A stretch of DNA of 64,000 bases from Candidatus Obscuribacteraceae bacterium (GCA_044226015.1 JBGAHS010000001.1:1120001-1184000); one strand, 5' to 3'. Shown: positions 19,405 to 29,984, numbered from the stretch's first letter. Made by a program: numbers and translations. Notes: a model not told the origin generated them from the letters alone.

Positions 19405-20550
19405 TCATCGATTGCTTTTCTTATGCTCTGGCCGTTTTTGCTCTAACAACCAGGGAATCAACTCAGGTTCTGCATACGCTTTGTCCCAGCTGTCGTGACC
19501 TACGTTCTGATACAAAGTGAATCGGACGTTGCCACCAACTTTTTTCAGTTCATCGACCATTCTTTGATCGTTGGCAGTGGGAACCACTTTATCATCAGCA
19601 CCATGAAACGCCCAGACCGGTAAAGGTGTTATTCGCTCGGCACCATCTGTATCACCATAGCCACAAACAGGAATTAAAGCCGCGAGAGTCTCAGGGTAAG
19701 CTTCGGCGTAATTCCAGCTTCCAATGCCTCCCATGCTTAATCCGGTGAGAATAACACGATCAGGATTGGCATGAGTTTTGTGCAATAGCCGTCGTCGCAG
19801 ACCTTCAATTTCGTCGACGTCCCAATCACGGTGCGCGGGTGCCTGTGGGGCGACCAGTATAAATGGAAATGATTTACCTTTCGAGGCCATTTCAGGCCAA
19901 CCATGTACCAAAGTCTGGTGCAAGTCGTTTCCGCGCTCGCCCGAACCGTGAAGGAAAATTACCAGGGGCCAGCCACCTTTGGGTCGTTTTCCGGATGGCA
20001 TCCAAATGAGGTATCGCAAGGAGACAGGCTTTTGCAGCTTTGAAGAAAAGCTGCTCACTCTTCCGCCGCCAATAATTTCTTTGGCAGAAATCACTGGTGG
20101 TGCGATAAGCGATAGAACTATCGGAATTGCAAAACAAATTAGAAAACGACTCATGGACTTTTCTTTCGTCTTCTTGAATTGCATAATCTCTTGACCGTCC
20201 CATTCGTATTTGGATAGGTCAATGCTACCTCTCTCGCGGTCGAACACCACGCCTTCGGAATGAAGCAAGCTCATCTGCAAATCAAGTCTTTCAATGCTCT
20301 TTCCAGTACTCAATTTGCCCTGGTAATTAACAACCCGATGCCATGGAACATTTGCGGAAGAAAATTGCTTGCCTTCTTTGGCTTCGGCAGGGAGTGCTTT
20401 CATCGCCCAGCCTACCCATTTTGCGGACAATCGACCAGAAAGCAATCTCGAAATGCCTCTGTACGTGATCACTTTTCCTTTGGGAACACGTTGAACTATT
20501 TCGTACACCTTTTCGAAAACTGTCATTTGAAATCTCGCAAGGTTTGACAT
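19405..20550 (-). CDS. In-frame fusion: alkyltransferase-like (ATL/MGMT family) domain plus exported alpha/beta hydrolase
   Basis: N-terminal VPKGKVITY...VPWHRVVN. Internal ATG at 20154 begins a signal peptide. FLHGSGERG, GLSMGG, FHGADD and GHDSW motifs follow. Confidence 0.8.
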   Translation of the reverse strand: MSNLARFQMTVFEKVYEIVQRVPKGKVITYRGISRLLSGRLSAKWVGWAMKALPAEAKEGKQFSSANVPWHRVVNYQGKLSTGKSIERLDLQMSLLHSEGVVFDRERGSIDLSKYEWDGQEIMQFKKTKEKSMSRFLICFAIPIVLSLIAPPVISAKEIIGGGRVSSFSSKLQKPVSLRYLIWMPSGKRPKGGWPLVIFLHGSGERGNDLHQTLVHGWPEMASKGKSFPFILVAPQAPAHRDWDVDEIEGLRRRLLHKTHANPDRVILTGLSMGGIGSWNYAEAYPETLAALIPVCGYGDTDGAERITPLPVWAFHGADDKVVPTANDQRMVDELKKVGGNVRFTLYQNVGHDSWDKAYAEPELIPWLLEQKRPEHKKSNR

Positions 20551-20617
20551 GTCCGGCTAGATATATAGTAGAACTGAATTCATTGACTCATGCAAGAGTG
20601 CAATTTTGAGACTTTCG

Positions 20618-20654
20618 TAAAAACGAAAAGAGAGCGGGAGTTACCCGCTCTCTT
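20618..20654 (-). terminator. Intrinsic terminator after ahcY
   Basis: Stem AAGAGAGCGGG/CCCGCTCTCTT with a 5-nt loop, followed on the minus strand by TTCGTTTTT. Confidence 0.85.
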
Positions 20655-20680
20655 AAACGAAATCAAACTACTACTTGGGT

Positions 20681-22096
20681 TTAGTAGCGATAGTTGTCCG
20701 TTTTGTATGGACCTTCGACCGGAACGCCAATGTATTTAGCTTGCTCGGGGCTTAGCTCAGTAAGCTGTGCATCGAGTTTTGCGAGTTGCAATCTTGCTAC
20801 TTTTTCGTCCAGGTGTTTTGGCAATACATAAACGCCAGGAGCGTATTCACCTTGTTTTGTGAAAAGCTCGATTTGTGCCAGGACCTGGTTTGCAAAACTG
20901 CTTGCCATTACAAACGATGGGTGACCGGTTCCGCAACCCAGGTTCACCAATCTTCCTTTAGCTAAAAGGATAATGCGGCGACCGTCTGGGAATATGACGT
21001 GGTCGACTTGCGGTTTGATTTCTTCCCATTTGTATTTCGACAGGGAGGCAACTTCAATTTCGCTGTCGAAGTGTCCGATGTTGCAAACGATTGCATTGTT
21101 CTTCATTCGGGTCATGTGTTCGTGTTTGATGACATCGAAATTGCCGGTGCAAGTGACGAAGATATCGCCTTTGTCTGCTGCGTAATCCATAGTCACAACT
21201 TTGTAGCCTTCCATGGCAGCTTGTAGTGCGCAAATTGGATCGATTTCGGTGACCCATACTTGTGCGCTGAGAGCACGGAGAGCTTGTGCACTGCCTTTGC
21301 CTACATCACCATAACCGCAAATAACAGCGATTTTTCCTGCAACCATTACGTCTGTTGCACGCTTGATGCCGTCAACCAAACTTTCGCGGCATCCGTACAA
21401 ATTATCGAATTTCGATTTTGTGACTGAGTCGTTGACATTGAAAGCTGGGAACGGTAGGTCTCCCTTCTTTTGCAATTCATACAAGCGATGAACACCGGTG
21501 GTTGTTTCTTCGCTTACGCCTTTGATATTGGCACGAATCTTGCTGTAGAACTTCGGATCTTCAGCTAGCTTCTTTTTGATTGATGCAAACAAGACAGTTT
21601 CTTCTTCACTTGTTGGATTGCTTAGAACCGATTGATCCTTTTCAGCTCTTGCGCCAAGCAAGATGAGCAATGTAGCATCGCCACCATCATCCAAAATCAT
21701 GTTCGGAGTTCCACCATCATGCCATTCCATGATGCGGTGGGTGTAGTCCCAGTATTCTTCCAGGCTTTCACCTTTTACAGCGAAGACCGGAGTCTTGTTA
21801 TCAGCGATTGCTGCTGCTGCGTGATCTTGAGTCGAGAAAATGTTGCAGCTAGCCCATCGAACGTCAGCTCCGAGCTCAACCAATGTTTCGATCAGCACCG
21901 CGGTTTGAATGGTCATGTGGAGGGAACCAGCTATACGCGCGCCCTTCAATGGACGGCTGCCAGCGTACTCTTTTCTGATTGCCATCAGGCTGGGCATTTC
22001 GGTTTCGGCGATCGCAATTTCGCGATGTCCCCATGCGGCTAATCCTATATCTGCAACTGCATAATCAGTTTTAGGGGAATTTTTTACTGTATTCAT
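20681..22096 (-). CDS. ahcY: Adenosylhomocysteinase (SAH hydrolase)
   Basis: [57 protein letters not shown] and GHPSFVM motifs. Confidence 0.99.
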   Translation of the reverse strand: MNTVKNSPKTDYAVADIGLAAWGHREIAIAETEMPSLMAIRKEYAGSRPLKGARIAGSLHMTIQTAVLIETLVELGADVRWASCNIFSTQDHAAAAIADNKTPVFAVKGESLEEYWDYTHRIMEWHDGGTPNMILDDGGDATLLILLGARAEKDQSVLSNPTSEEETVLFASIKKKLAEDPKFYSKIRANIKGVSEETTTGVHRLYELQKKGDLPFPAFNVNDSVTKSKFDNLYGCRESLVDGIKRATDVMVAGKIAVICGYGDVGKGSAQALRALSAQVWVTEIDPICALQAAMEGYKVVTMDYAADKGDIFVTCTGNFDVIKHEHMTRMKNNAIVCNIGHFDSEIEVASLSKYKWEEIKPQVDHVIFPDGRRIILLAKGRLVNLGCGTGHPSFVMASSFANQVLAQIELFTKQGEYAPGVYVLPKHLDEKVARLQLAKLDAQLTELSPEQAKYIGVPVEGPYKTDNYRY

Positions 22097-22116
22097 TCGT
22101 CCTCCAATCGAGCAAT

Positions 22117-22150
22117 AAAAAACGCTCGCAGGTAGATTACCTCACGAGCG
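22117..22150 (-). terminator. Terminator of the SAH riboswitch expression platform
   Basis: Minus strand CGCTCGTGAGGTA-ATC-TACCTGCGAGCG-TTTTTT. It overlaps the 3' pseudoknot strand of the aptamer. Confidence 0.8.
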
Positions 22151-22219
22151 CCGTTACAAGTTAGGGTCATCCCCACTTCGCCGAGCCTGGTCTGAAAAGA
22201 TCGCAACGCTCCTCGGCGA
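22145..22219 (-). ncRNA. SAH riboswitch aptamer
   Basis: Minus strand TCGCCGAGGAGCGTTGCGA...CCAGGCTCGGCGA...AACGGCGCTCG matches the SAH riboswitch consensus (GAGGAGCG.TGC, AGGCTCGG, AAC..CGCTC). It lies directly upstream of ahcY. Confidence 0.92.
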
Positions 22220-22224
22220 CTCTT

Positions 22225-22255
22225 ATTATGGCACATAAGCGATTCGGAATTTCAA
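22225..22255 (-). promoter_or_regulatory. Putative sigma70-type promoter for the riboswitch and ahcY
   Basis: Extended -10 TGcCATAAT a few nt upstream of the aptamer, with TTGAAA 19 bp further upstream. Confidence 0.55.
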
Positions 22256-22420
22256 TGAATTTGGCTGTGCTGCCTAAGATGACCTTGAGATAAGGCTGCC
22301 GGGCTTGTTGTGTGATTCATTATTCGCAATAAATCTGCTCCTGCAGCGATGTAGTCTTGAATCTAATTGAGCTACGATTAATCTGTTCATTCAGATTCCG
22401 AATTCTCCTGATTTAGTGCT

Positions 22421-23704
22421 TCATACAATCACACGCTTTGCTGGAATTCTGGCTAATCTCGTTGTCGTCCATTCTTTAACATCGTCCTCGTAGTGGACAA
22501 GAATGCGTTCGCCCATTTTTTCGATGATTCTGCATGGGAAATAGATAGGTGCGCCTTTCCATCGACACTCAATCTTGTCTCCCACATTTAGAGCATTTTT
22601 GCTGATGAATTCCTGGGTGACAAGTCGTTCGCCGCCGAACAGCATGTGTACGACAACTTCGTCGCCACTAATGTCGACAATCTCTGCCGGATACAGGCAT
22701 CCATCTAGGTCCCAGCAGAAAACACGATCATTTTCTTTGAAATTTAGTGGCGCATCAATTGGGCATTTCCATGCGCGAATTCTGCTTACCTGATTTGACT
22801 CGGTGCTGCCATCGATGAGTTCGAGATCAACCACTTCTTCCTTCGAGTCTTTTACCAATGCCGGTACAAATACGGCGCCAAGTTCCTTCTTGGGGCGCAC
22901 ATATACTTCTTCGTCCTCTTCCAATGTGAGAGGACGCAGGGCTATCGAGGGCAGCATAACTTGCCAGCCATCATCATACAAAACATGGTAGTAGTCGTAA
23001 GTAGCACTGAGATGTTCGCGGCTATCGACCGTTCGCTGAGTGTTGAGAATCGTGGCGGAGTACCAGAACAAATCTTTCCATCTGGCGAAAACGCGGTCGC
23101 CAATCGTCCAGTTTAGTTCTTCAAATGAGTCGTTCTCAGGAAAGACCATAACAGGCACGCTGTGGCGAACCACTTGTGATGGGTCTGCCGCTGGTACGAA
23201 GACATTGTTTTCCGCTGCTTTCTTTTCCAACTCTATCTTGTTAGCATCGACAGCTTTTGCTTGCTCAATGCTCTCTTTTGCTTTGTCTTTCATGCCGAGT
23301 TTTTCGTAAACAAGCCCTCTTTCGAAGTAAATTGCGCTCTCTGTTGGGTTCAATTCAATGGCGCTGTTAAAATCTTTCAATGCTTTTTTGTAATCGGCAA
23401 GTCGTTCATAGCATCGTGCGCGTCCGAAATAATAAGCGTGCTCTTGGGGATTTCGCTTTATTGCTGCTGTGAGATCCTTTATCGCTGCTTTCAGATCGCC
23501 TTTGTGCTCGAACGCTTTAGCGCGATCAGAAAGAATGCTGGCGTCGTCGGGGTCGAGTTTTGTTGCGCTGGTGTAGTCTTTGAGCGCCTTTTCAATGTTT
23601 TCACTCTCCAGGTACAAATCGGCTCTTTTGCAGTAGAGCAATTTGTTCAGGGGGTCTCTTCTCAGCGCTCTAGAAAGCTCATCTATTGCTTGCTTCTCTT
23701 CCAT
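22421..23704 (-). CDS. TPR protein with about four C-terminal Tudor/Agenet-like domains
   Basis: N-terminal TPRs. Repeats such as IGDRVFARWKDLFWYSATI...YHVLYDDG and VGDKIECRWKGAPIYFPCRI...LVHYEDD. Confidence 0.75.
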   Translation of the reverse strand: MEEKQAIDELSRALRRDPLNKLLYCKRADLYLESENIEKALKDYTSATKLDPDDASILSDRAKAFEHKGDLKAAIKDLTAAIKRNPQEHAYYFGRARCYERLADYKKALKDFNSAIELNPTESAIYFERGLVYEKLGMKDKAKESIEQAKAVDANKIELEKKAAENNVFVPAADPSQVVRHSVPVMVFPENDSFEELNWTIGDRVFARWKDLFWYSATILNTQRTVDSREHLSATYDYYHVLYDDGWQVMLPSIALRPLTLEEDEEVYVRPKKELGAVFVPALVKDSKEEVVDLELIDGSTESNQVSRIRAWKCPIDAPLNFKENDRVFCWDLDGCLYPAEIVDISGDEVVVHMLFGGERLVTQEFISKNALNVGDKIECRWKGAPIYFPCRIIEKMGERILVHYEDDVKEWTTTRLARIPAKRVIV

Positions 23705-23921
23705 TTCTTCCTTCTTTTCTTGGCACTGAATATGGTATCGATGAGTGAGTGATTATTCTCAAAGGTCAATTCCATGCATGATTTTTGAGTTACTTTTAGA
23801 TGACCAAGTCGGCAAAGCTACTCTAAATCTATCTTTACACTAAAAGATGATTTTAACTGTTATAAACGATTTGGCAGGCTGCTCAATGAGTGTTCACTTT
23901 CTTTTCATAGATTTAGGCAAA

Positions 23922-25019
23922 TTAGCTGCGCTTTTCTGTCTCTATTCTTGAAAGTACTTCTTTTGCGGGTGCGAAGTCGGGGTTCTTATCCAGCACCTTT
24001 TTCAAAATGGCTCGTGCTTCTTCATTTCGTTTCTGGTCAACCAGAAACGCTGCATAGTCTGTTGCAATGTCTTTGTCTTCGTTGCTTCCTCTCATGCTGA
24101 TTTTGAATGCTTCGTCAGCATGTTTTGCTTGCCCTGCCATCGCATAAATCTTTGCCAGGCGCATGTATGAGTTGCCGTAAGTCGGGTAGAATTTGATTGC
24201 TTTCTTTTCGTTTTTGATAGCAAGTTCAAGATTTTTTTGGTCTTTTGAATCTTTCTTTGCTTGCGCCCATCCGAGTCCAGAAAAGGCGTTCGCTGCCGTG
24301 AGTGGATTCAGGCAGCCCAGCTCATCATATCCATTTGCAGCGATTGCTTCTTTGTATGATTCGATTGCCGCGTCGTAGTTTTTGCTTGCCAGAAAAAGAT
24401 TGGCAAGTTGCAAGTGTGGGTCGGCTTTCTTCGGGTTGATCTCCACAGCCTTCTGCGCAACTTTTATCGCTTCTGGAACCTGCTCTTTCTTTTGAAGCAA
24501 GGAAGAGAGGCGCAGGTGCGCTTCAAGGCTGTTTGGCTTCAGCACGATGGCTTTTCTCAATGCCACTATAGCGTCGTCATTTTTACCGGCAGCCACATAG
24601 GCGATAGCGAGGTCTTTACTCACTGAGTAACTATCGGGCTTAAGTTCCTGAGCCTCTTTTAGAAGTTTGATTGCCTCGTCGTGTTTTTTCAAATTTGAGT
24701 AAATATGCCCGAGTATTCTGCGTGCGCCATACGATTTTGGGTCGAGCTTCAGTGCTGTTTCTTCCTCGGCAATAGCTTCTTCGTATTTGTTATCTTCAAC
24801 CTGAGCTGCCAGGGCAGCTCCTAATTCCATGTGCGCTTCGGCATTCTTCTGATCTGCTTTAAGCAATTGTCTTAATATCGTGGCAGCCGCTTTGGGTTTC
24901 CCCTTGTTCAGAAGATCGTCTGCTTTGCTAAGTTGCGTTTGCTCAGCTGTGGAACCTTCAGCGCTCAGCCCAAGAATTATAGAAACTGACAATAAACAAA
25001 CGCTTACGACTTTGCTCAC
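23922..25019 (-). CDS. Exported TPR protein
   Basis: Signal peptide plus tandem TPR motifs. Confidence 0.85.
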   Translation of the reverse strand: MSKVVSVCLLSVSIILGLSAEGSTAEQTQLSKADDLLNKGKPKAAATILRQLLKADQKNAEAHMELGAALAAQVEDNKYEEAIAEEETALKLDPKSYGARRILGHIYSNLKKHDEAIKLLKEAQELKPDSYSVSKDLAIAYVAAGKNDDAIVALRKAIVLKPNSLEAHLRLSSLLQKKEQVPEAIKVAQKAVEINPKKADPHLQLANLFLASKNYDAAIESYKEAIAANGYDELGCLNPLTAANAFSGLGWAQAKKDSKDQKNLELAIKNEKKAIKFYPTYGNSYMRLAKIYAMAGQAKHADEAFKISMRGSNEDKDIATDYAAFLVDQKRNEEARAILKKVLDKNPDFAPAKEVLSRIETEKRS

Positions 25020-25554
25020 TTAATTGGCTCCTGCGGAGTAGTGATGAGATCTTTGCTTGTTTCGCGCAAAATAACACTAGTATTCATGCGTTTCTTAGCG
25101 AAAGTTTGAATTTGAGTGTCGATATCGACAACGAACCGCTAGAGAACTGTTTGGTAGTAGAGACGTGATTACCAAGCCACTGTATCCGGTGCTAAATACG
25201 ATTCGCCAACAGGCAATGATAGAGTCCTTCTATTCGCACGAATTTTGAGCAAGAGTAAATCAGTCCTTGAACATTTGAATGAATTACTCGCTGCCATTGC
25301 TTAGCACGTTGTATGTGCACTATCAGAAACAAATCACCAGGAATAGATGGCATTCTTCGCTTACGTAGACTTTTGTGAACCGTTCTGCCTTAGTGAGAAA
25401 AAAATGAAGTCAGTTTCGTGGGATTTTCCCCACGCTCACGGTGATGCCAAGCATTGTTATTCGTACTTCTCCCAGTGACTGAACCTATAGAGAAAGTTAA
25501 ATTAGAGACCTCGTTTGAATTTGTTGGTGTTTCTCCTGGTGGTTTTGGTATTAC

Positions 25555-26742
25555 ATGAAGCTTTCGTCGGTCGTATTGCTTAGTGTCAATTTAGTAGCTG
25601 CGTCACAAGTCGCAGCAAATGCGGCAGACACCGCGTCGTTCTTGCAAGATGCATTGACTCCGTCAGCTGCTTCTGCCAAGGCGGCATCGCGTCCAGCTGC
25701 TCGTCCTGTAGCGAAGAAACGCGCATCAAAAACGTCCTACGTTGCGATGACACCGGTGATGGATGGCGTTAAGTGCCGTCCATTCATGCCTGGTCGCTAT
25801 CTTCCCAGCGAATCTGAACTTGAGGCGAGGAAAGAAGCTGAACGCGCTCGTCGTGAGGCTGATGCTGCTCAGCGTGCTATGTCCTTCGCTCCTGATGTGC
25901 TCACAGGCAGAGTCGCTGCCACCAATGATATGTCGAACATGGGCGCGATGATGGCTCCTGCTGCGTCGTACTCGATGTCTCGTCCGGCTAATCAAGACTA
26001 CATGCACAAGGTTCAAGGAATTGTGCAGAAAGTCAAAGAAGCCGCAAAAGGTTATTCACTTGCGCATACTCGCTCTGTGCCTGGAATGAACCCAGTCATG
26101 CCCGGGCAGTTCGCGCATAATTCCGGTGCTACTGCGATGCCTCGCATACCTGAGCCGCAGCGTGCCACAATGCCGCTGAATGTTCCGCAACCTCCTGTTG
26201 CGCGCAGCATGCCAGTGCAAGTGCCACAAGCACCACAACACGTTGCAGCCTCCACCCCCGTAGTGCCGCTGCCATCGCTCAGCAAGTGGGACAACGCTCA
26301 GCTCGATAAGCTGATCGACAACAACATGCCTGAGAACGTTTACGCAAATGTCAACGGAGATATGAGAGCTGGTCAGGGTAATCCGGGAGTGTCCGGGGCA
26401 GGCCCGACGCCATACCCGTTGAATTCTTCTATTAATCGCCGCGGCGTTCAAACCATTGGCGCCCAAGCGCGTTTCGGTTCATGGCACGGCGGTCATGAGA
26501 ATCTGCCGCAGAGTTCGTTCCAATCATATATGCCAGTGCATATGGCTGGACCAATGTCTGTAAAGATCAATCATTACAGCGGTGGGTCAAAGAAAACAGG
26601 GCGCCAGGCTGCGCGCATTGCTGGCAAGCACCACGCGTCTTCAGCTTCCACGGCGGCAGCTTCGGTCGTGAAAGTCGACAAGGTTAAATCTGTGCCGGCA
26701 GCGAGTTACCCGCCATATCGTCGCTATGGTTCGATGTTCTAA
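25555..26742 (+). CDS. Exported Pro/Ala-rich hypothetical protein
   Basis: Signal peptide MKLSSVVLLSVNLVAASQVAANA. Low complexity. Confidence 0.75.
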   Translation: MKLSSVVLLSVNLVAASQVAANAADTASFLQDALTPSAASAKAASRPAARPVAKKRASKTSYVAMTPVMDGVKCRPFMPGRYLPSESELEARKEAERARREADAAQRAMSFAPDVLTGRVAATNDMSNMGAMMAPAASYSMSRPANQDYMHKVQGIVQKVKEAAKGYSLAHTRSVPGMNPVMPGQFAHNSGATAMPRIPEPQRATMPLNVPQPPVARSMPVQVPQAPQHVAASTPVVPLPSLSKWDNAQLDKLIDNNMPENVYANVNGDMRAGQGNPGVSGAGPTPYPLNSSINRRGVQTIGAQARFGSWHGGHENLPQSSFQSYMPVHMAGPMSVKINHYSGGSKKTGRQAARIAGKHHASSASTAAASVVKVDKVKSVPAASYPPYRRYGSMF

Positions 26743-27005
26743 TCGCTTCCTTTACTTAGATGCATGATTAACTCCGAGCCGCGAGCTTGGAGTTTTGTTT
26801 TGCTTGCAATTGCTGCTGAAATGCTCAAAACTAATTTCGGACTTGGAGTTTCCATCCTTTTTATATTGACCACGCCGAGAGATTAAATCTAGAATGAGCT
26901 TTAGGCTGCAAAACTGTCCAAAATCCGTTGTCATTGGATAAATACCCATATCACCACCAGTGGGACAGCAAGAAAACGAGCTTGCCTGTTTTTAGGAGAG
27001 AGGGT

Positions 27006-29615
27006 TTGACACCGCAGAATACGCATGATGAGATGAACCAGGCTTCGGATAGAGGCTGGGAAGCGCTTGCGCAGTCTGAGTTTGCGGTGGCGTTAGAGCA
27101 GTATGAAATCGCTGCGGCGGCTGCCCGTGCGCTCACGCAGCGCAGTGCGGAGGCTGTCTTTCTGAGCTACGTCGGTGTGGCGCACCGTGGCTTGGACAAT
27201 CCGGAGGCGGCGCGTCGCGCATTAGAGTCGTCATTGCAGATTGCCGAGGAGGAGAACAATCTCCAGGTAATCGGGCACGTTTGTTATTTGTTGGCGGAAC
27301 TTTGTTGCGATGAAGGCGACGAGAGTTCGGCGATTTCGCTTTTGTGGCGTTCGCTTGATTGCGCGCTTGAGGTTCATGATGGGGAAACCGGCGAGGTTGC
27401 CCTCGGCCGTGTTGGCGAAATCTATCGCAATCGCGGTTGGCTTGAGCAGGCGGCTGAGTGTTTCAGGCAAGCTGCAGAATTAGGTAGTGACAAACGAAAT
27501 AGAATAGCCTGGTTGGGAAATCTTGGGCAGACGCTCACTGAGATGGGCGACCTCAAGGGGGCGCTGCCACGCTTTCAGGAAGCATTGCAATTAGCTGATG
27601 AACTTGGAGACGAAAAGTCTAAGTCGCATTGTATATCTAGTGAGGCGCTCGTCTATTTTGAAGAGGGCGATCTGGACAAAGCTAAGGAGTGCATGCAAGA
27701 GGCATTGACGCTGGCTCGACAAATGAACGACCGCCGGGCTGAGTCTTGTTTGCTGGGAAATTTAGGAAACGTCTATCTAAAGTTGAAGGAATCTGCCAAG
27801 GCGTCAGAGCTTTGCAATCAGGCGCTGGAACTGGCGCAGGCTGCCGGTGACAAGCGAACGGCTGCGGCGCAGTTGGATAGTCTCGGCGATTGCAGTATGC
27901 AAGTCGGCGAGTATGAGAAAGCCCTGGAATATTATTCGCAAGCGCAGAAAGAAGCTGCCGAGATTTGCGACAGGCTTGGTGAACGTGTTTATCGTGCGAA
28001 CTGTGGCAAAGTCCTGCGGCAGCTCGGTCGCACCGATGAGGCACTTCAGCACTTGAGTGCTGCTGCCAATCTTTTTGAGGAACAGCGTGCGCGAATTATT
28101 CAAAGCGACAGTTTGAAGACTTCATTTGCCGCTGCGGGGCAGCAGATTTATCGCGACATCATATCACTTTGCATAGAAAACGGACGGCGCGTCGAAGCTG
28201 TCGAGTATGTTGGTCGAGCGAAGTCTCGTGCGATGCTCGATTTGCTGTCAAATTCGCCAATCGATATTTCGGATCTTGAAAAAATCGATGATGCCTCGAT
28301 TTCAAAGCTGGTTGAAAAAGAATTTGAACTGCGCAGCCAAATCGCTGCGTTAGAACGTTTGTTTGGTCAAGCGGAAGATACTGGACACCGCGGTGCCACT
28401 CCGACGATGGAAGATGTTCCGCGACTCTACAGGCAGTGGCATGATGTGGTGGATCAATTACGCCGCAGGCACCCGTCTTATGCGAGCATGGTGTCGGTTG
28501 ACCCTTTGAATTATCAGGATATTTCGGATATGTGGCAAGACGGAAGCAGCATGCTTAGTGCTTCTGACGCTATTGTCGAGTTCTTCTGGTCCGACGGACT
28601 TTTCCTTACTGCTGCGATGTGGGACGGCTTGAAGCAACCATATATGCATTTGGTTCCTGAAGATCAATTGATGGAACTTGAGTCTGATTTATACGATTTC
28701 CTTGAGATGTCGTCGACTGAGGGATGGGAAGTTCCTGTCAGCATTTGCAAGAGACTGGGTGAAAAACTTCTCGGCTCTTTGCTCAAGTCCATGCCTGAGG
28801 CAATCGAACGCATTATTCTTGTTCCACACGGAATGCTGCACAAGCTGCCTTTCTCTGCTCTGCACGACGGCGAGAAATATATCATTGAAAAGTATGCAAT
28901 AAGCGTGTTGCCGTCTAGCAGTCTAATCAAGCTATTGGGTGACCGTCACCAAAATGCCACTGCAGATGGTAGCTACCTTATTTCTGCTATCAGTGATTAT
29001 TCAGCCACAAGAGACGATGGCGTAAACTTTAGCGCTAGATTGAGATCTTCTGCTGGCTTAGAAGATCTAAGCTATACGATTGAAGAAGCCAAAACCGTAT
29101 ACGGTTTGGCTGCAAAAATTGTGCCTGAGGCGCATTTCCTTTCGAATGAAGAAGTGAAGCCAGCATTGCTTGAACATTTCCGTAACTACTCGGTAATTCA
29201 CTTTGCAGGTCACGCCGTTTTCAATCCCGAAGAACCGATGGCATCTGGTCTTGTGCTGGCTGACGGAAGCGTTCTGACTGCTGCGCGTATTTTGCAAGAT
29301 TCTTCTTTCCGGACTGACAAAGGTAAATTGTTGATTCTGTCAGCTTGCCAAACCGGGGTGAATGTAATCACAAGCGGTGGAGAAATCGTGGGGTTGGCAC
29401 GTGCACTTTTCTATGCTGGAATGCCCAATTTGATCTCCAGCTTGTGGGAAGTAGCAGATCGCTCAACTGCTCAATTGATGCAGGACTTCCATGCTTTCTG
29501 GCAAGCCGGAAAAATAAGTATTTCGCGAGCGCTGAGGGAAGCTCAGGCTAAGGCAATTAAAGAAGGAATGCCTGTGCATGCCTGGGCACCATTCATCCAT
29601 CTAGGTATAGATTAG
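27006..29615 (+). CDS. TPR-CHAT domain protein (caspase-like protease)
   Basis: TPRs, RAKSRAMLD, VPHGMLHKLPF, HFAGHA (His), LSACQT (Cys), SSLWEV and HAWAPF motifs. TTG at 27006 follows an AGGAGAG RBS (ORF track starts at 26928). Confidence 0.93.
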   Translation: MTPQNTHDEMNQASDRGWEALAQSEFAVALEQYEIAAAAARALTQRSAEAVFLSYVGVAHRGLDNPEAARRALESSLQIAEEENNLQVIGHVCYLLAELCCDEGDESSAISLLWRSLDCALEVHDGETGEVALGRVGEIYRNRGWLEQAAECFRQAAELGSDKRNRIAWLGNLGQTLTEMGDLKGALPRFQEALQLADELGDEKSKSHCISSEALVYFEEGDLDKAKECMQEALTLARQMNDRRAESCLLGNLGNVYLKLKESAKASELCNQALELAQAAGDKRTAAAQLDSLGDCSMQVGEYEKALEYYSQAQKEAAEICDRLGERVYRANCGKVLRQLGRTDEALQHLSAAANLFEEQRARIIQSDSLKTSFAAAGQQIYRDIISLCIENGRRVEAVEYVGRAKSRAMLDLLSNSPIDISDLEKIDDASISKLVEKEFELRSQIAALERLFGQAEDTGHRGATPTMEDVPRLYRQWHDVVDQLRRRHPSYASMVSVDPLNYQDISDMWQDGSSMLSASDAIVEFFWSDGLFLTAAMWDGLKQPYMHLVPEDQLMELESDLYDFLEMSSTEGWEVPVSICKRLGEKLLGSLLKSMPEAIERIILVPHGMLHKLPFSALHDGEKYIIEKYAISVLPSSSLIKLLGDRHQNATADGSYLISAISDYSATRDDGVNFSARLRSSAGLEDLSYTIEEAKTVYGLAAKIVPEAHFLSNEEVKPALLEHFRNYSVIHFAGHAVFNPEEPMASGLVLADGSVLTAARILQDSSFRTDKGKLLILSACQTGVNVITSGGEIVGLARALFYAGMPNLISSLWEVADRSTAQLMQDFHAFWQAGKISISRALREAQAKAIKEGMPVHAWAPFIHLGID

Positions 29616-29626
29616 AGGACCCCGGC

Positions 29627-29742
29627 ATCGCGTCTGTTTCCGTCAGGTATCGCGTCTGTACCCGTCTGGGATCGCGTCTGTACTCGTATGGGCTCGCGTC
29701 TGTACTCGTATGGGCTCGCGTCTGTATCCGTCAGGTATCGCG
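29627..29742. repeat. Intergenic tandem repeat, five 22-bp units plus a partial unit
   Basis: Units (a/c)TCGCGTCTGT(t/a)yyCGT(c/a)wGGk start at 29627, 29649, 29671, 29693 and 29715. Confidence 0.9.
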
Positions 29743-29938
29743 CCATCCTGGTGGCTTATGCGGACCGTGCACCATTGATGGTACCAGTCTGCTGTCTGAC
29801 TCGAATCGACAAGGCATTTATTAATCGACTTCAATAAAAATGGAACTCGATGCCTGGCAGTACGCTCCTGGTTTCACAAGACTGCCGCCTGGCTCGTTTC
29901 TCGGCTTGTGTTAGGATTCCTTACTCTACCACGCAAGG

Positions 29939-29984
29939 CGCTTGTTTCACCAAAGACTCCGTCAAGTCGATAGTGAAACAAGCG
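29939..29984. other. Perfect 12-bp inverted repeat (hairpin) between convergent genes
   Basis: CGCTTGTTTCAC, 22-nt spacer, GTGAAACAAGCG. Confidence 0.6.

Noticed and set aside
25020..25554. Long intergenic region as possible ncRNA
   Set aside because: Only a short GTGGG/CCCAC hairpin is visible. Divergent promoters explain the gap.
29627..29742. Possible CRISPR array next to the CHAT protease (Craspase-like)
   Set aside because: Units are contiguous 22-mers without unique spacers, and no cas genes are in the window.
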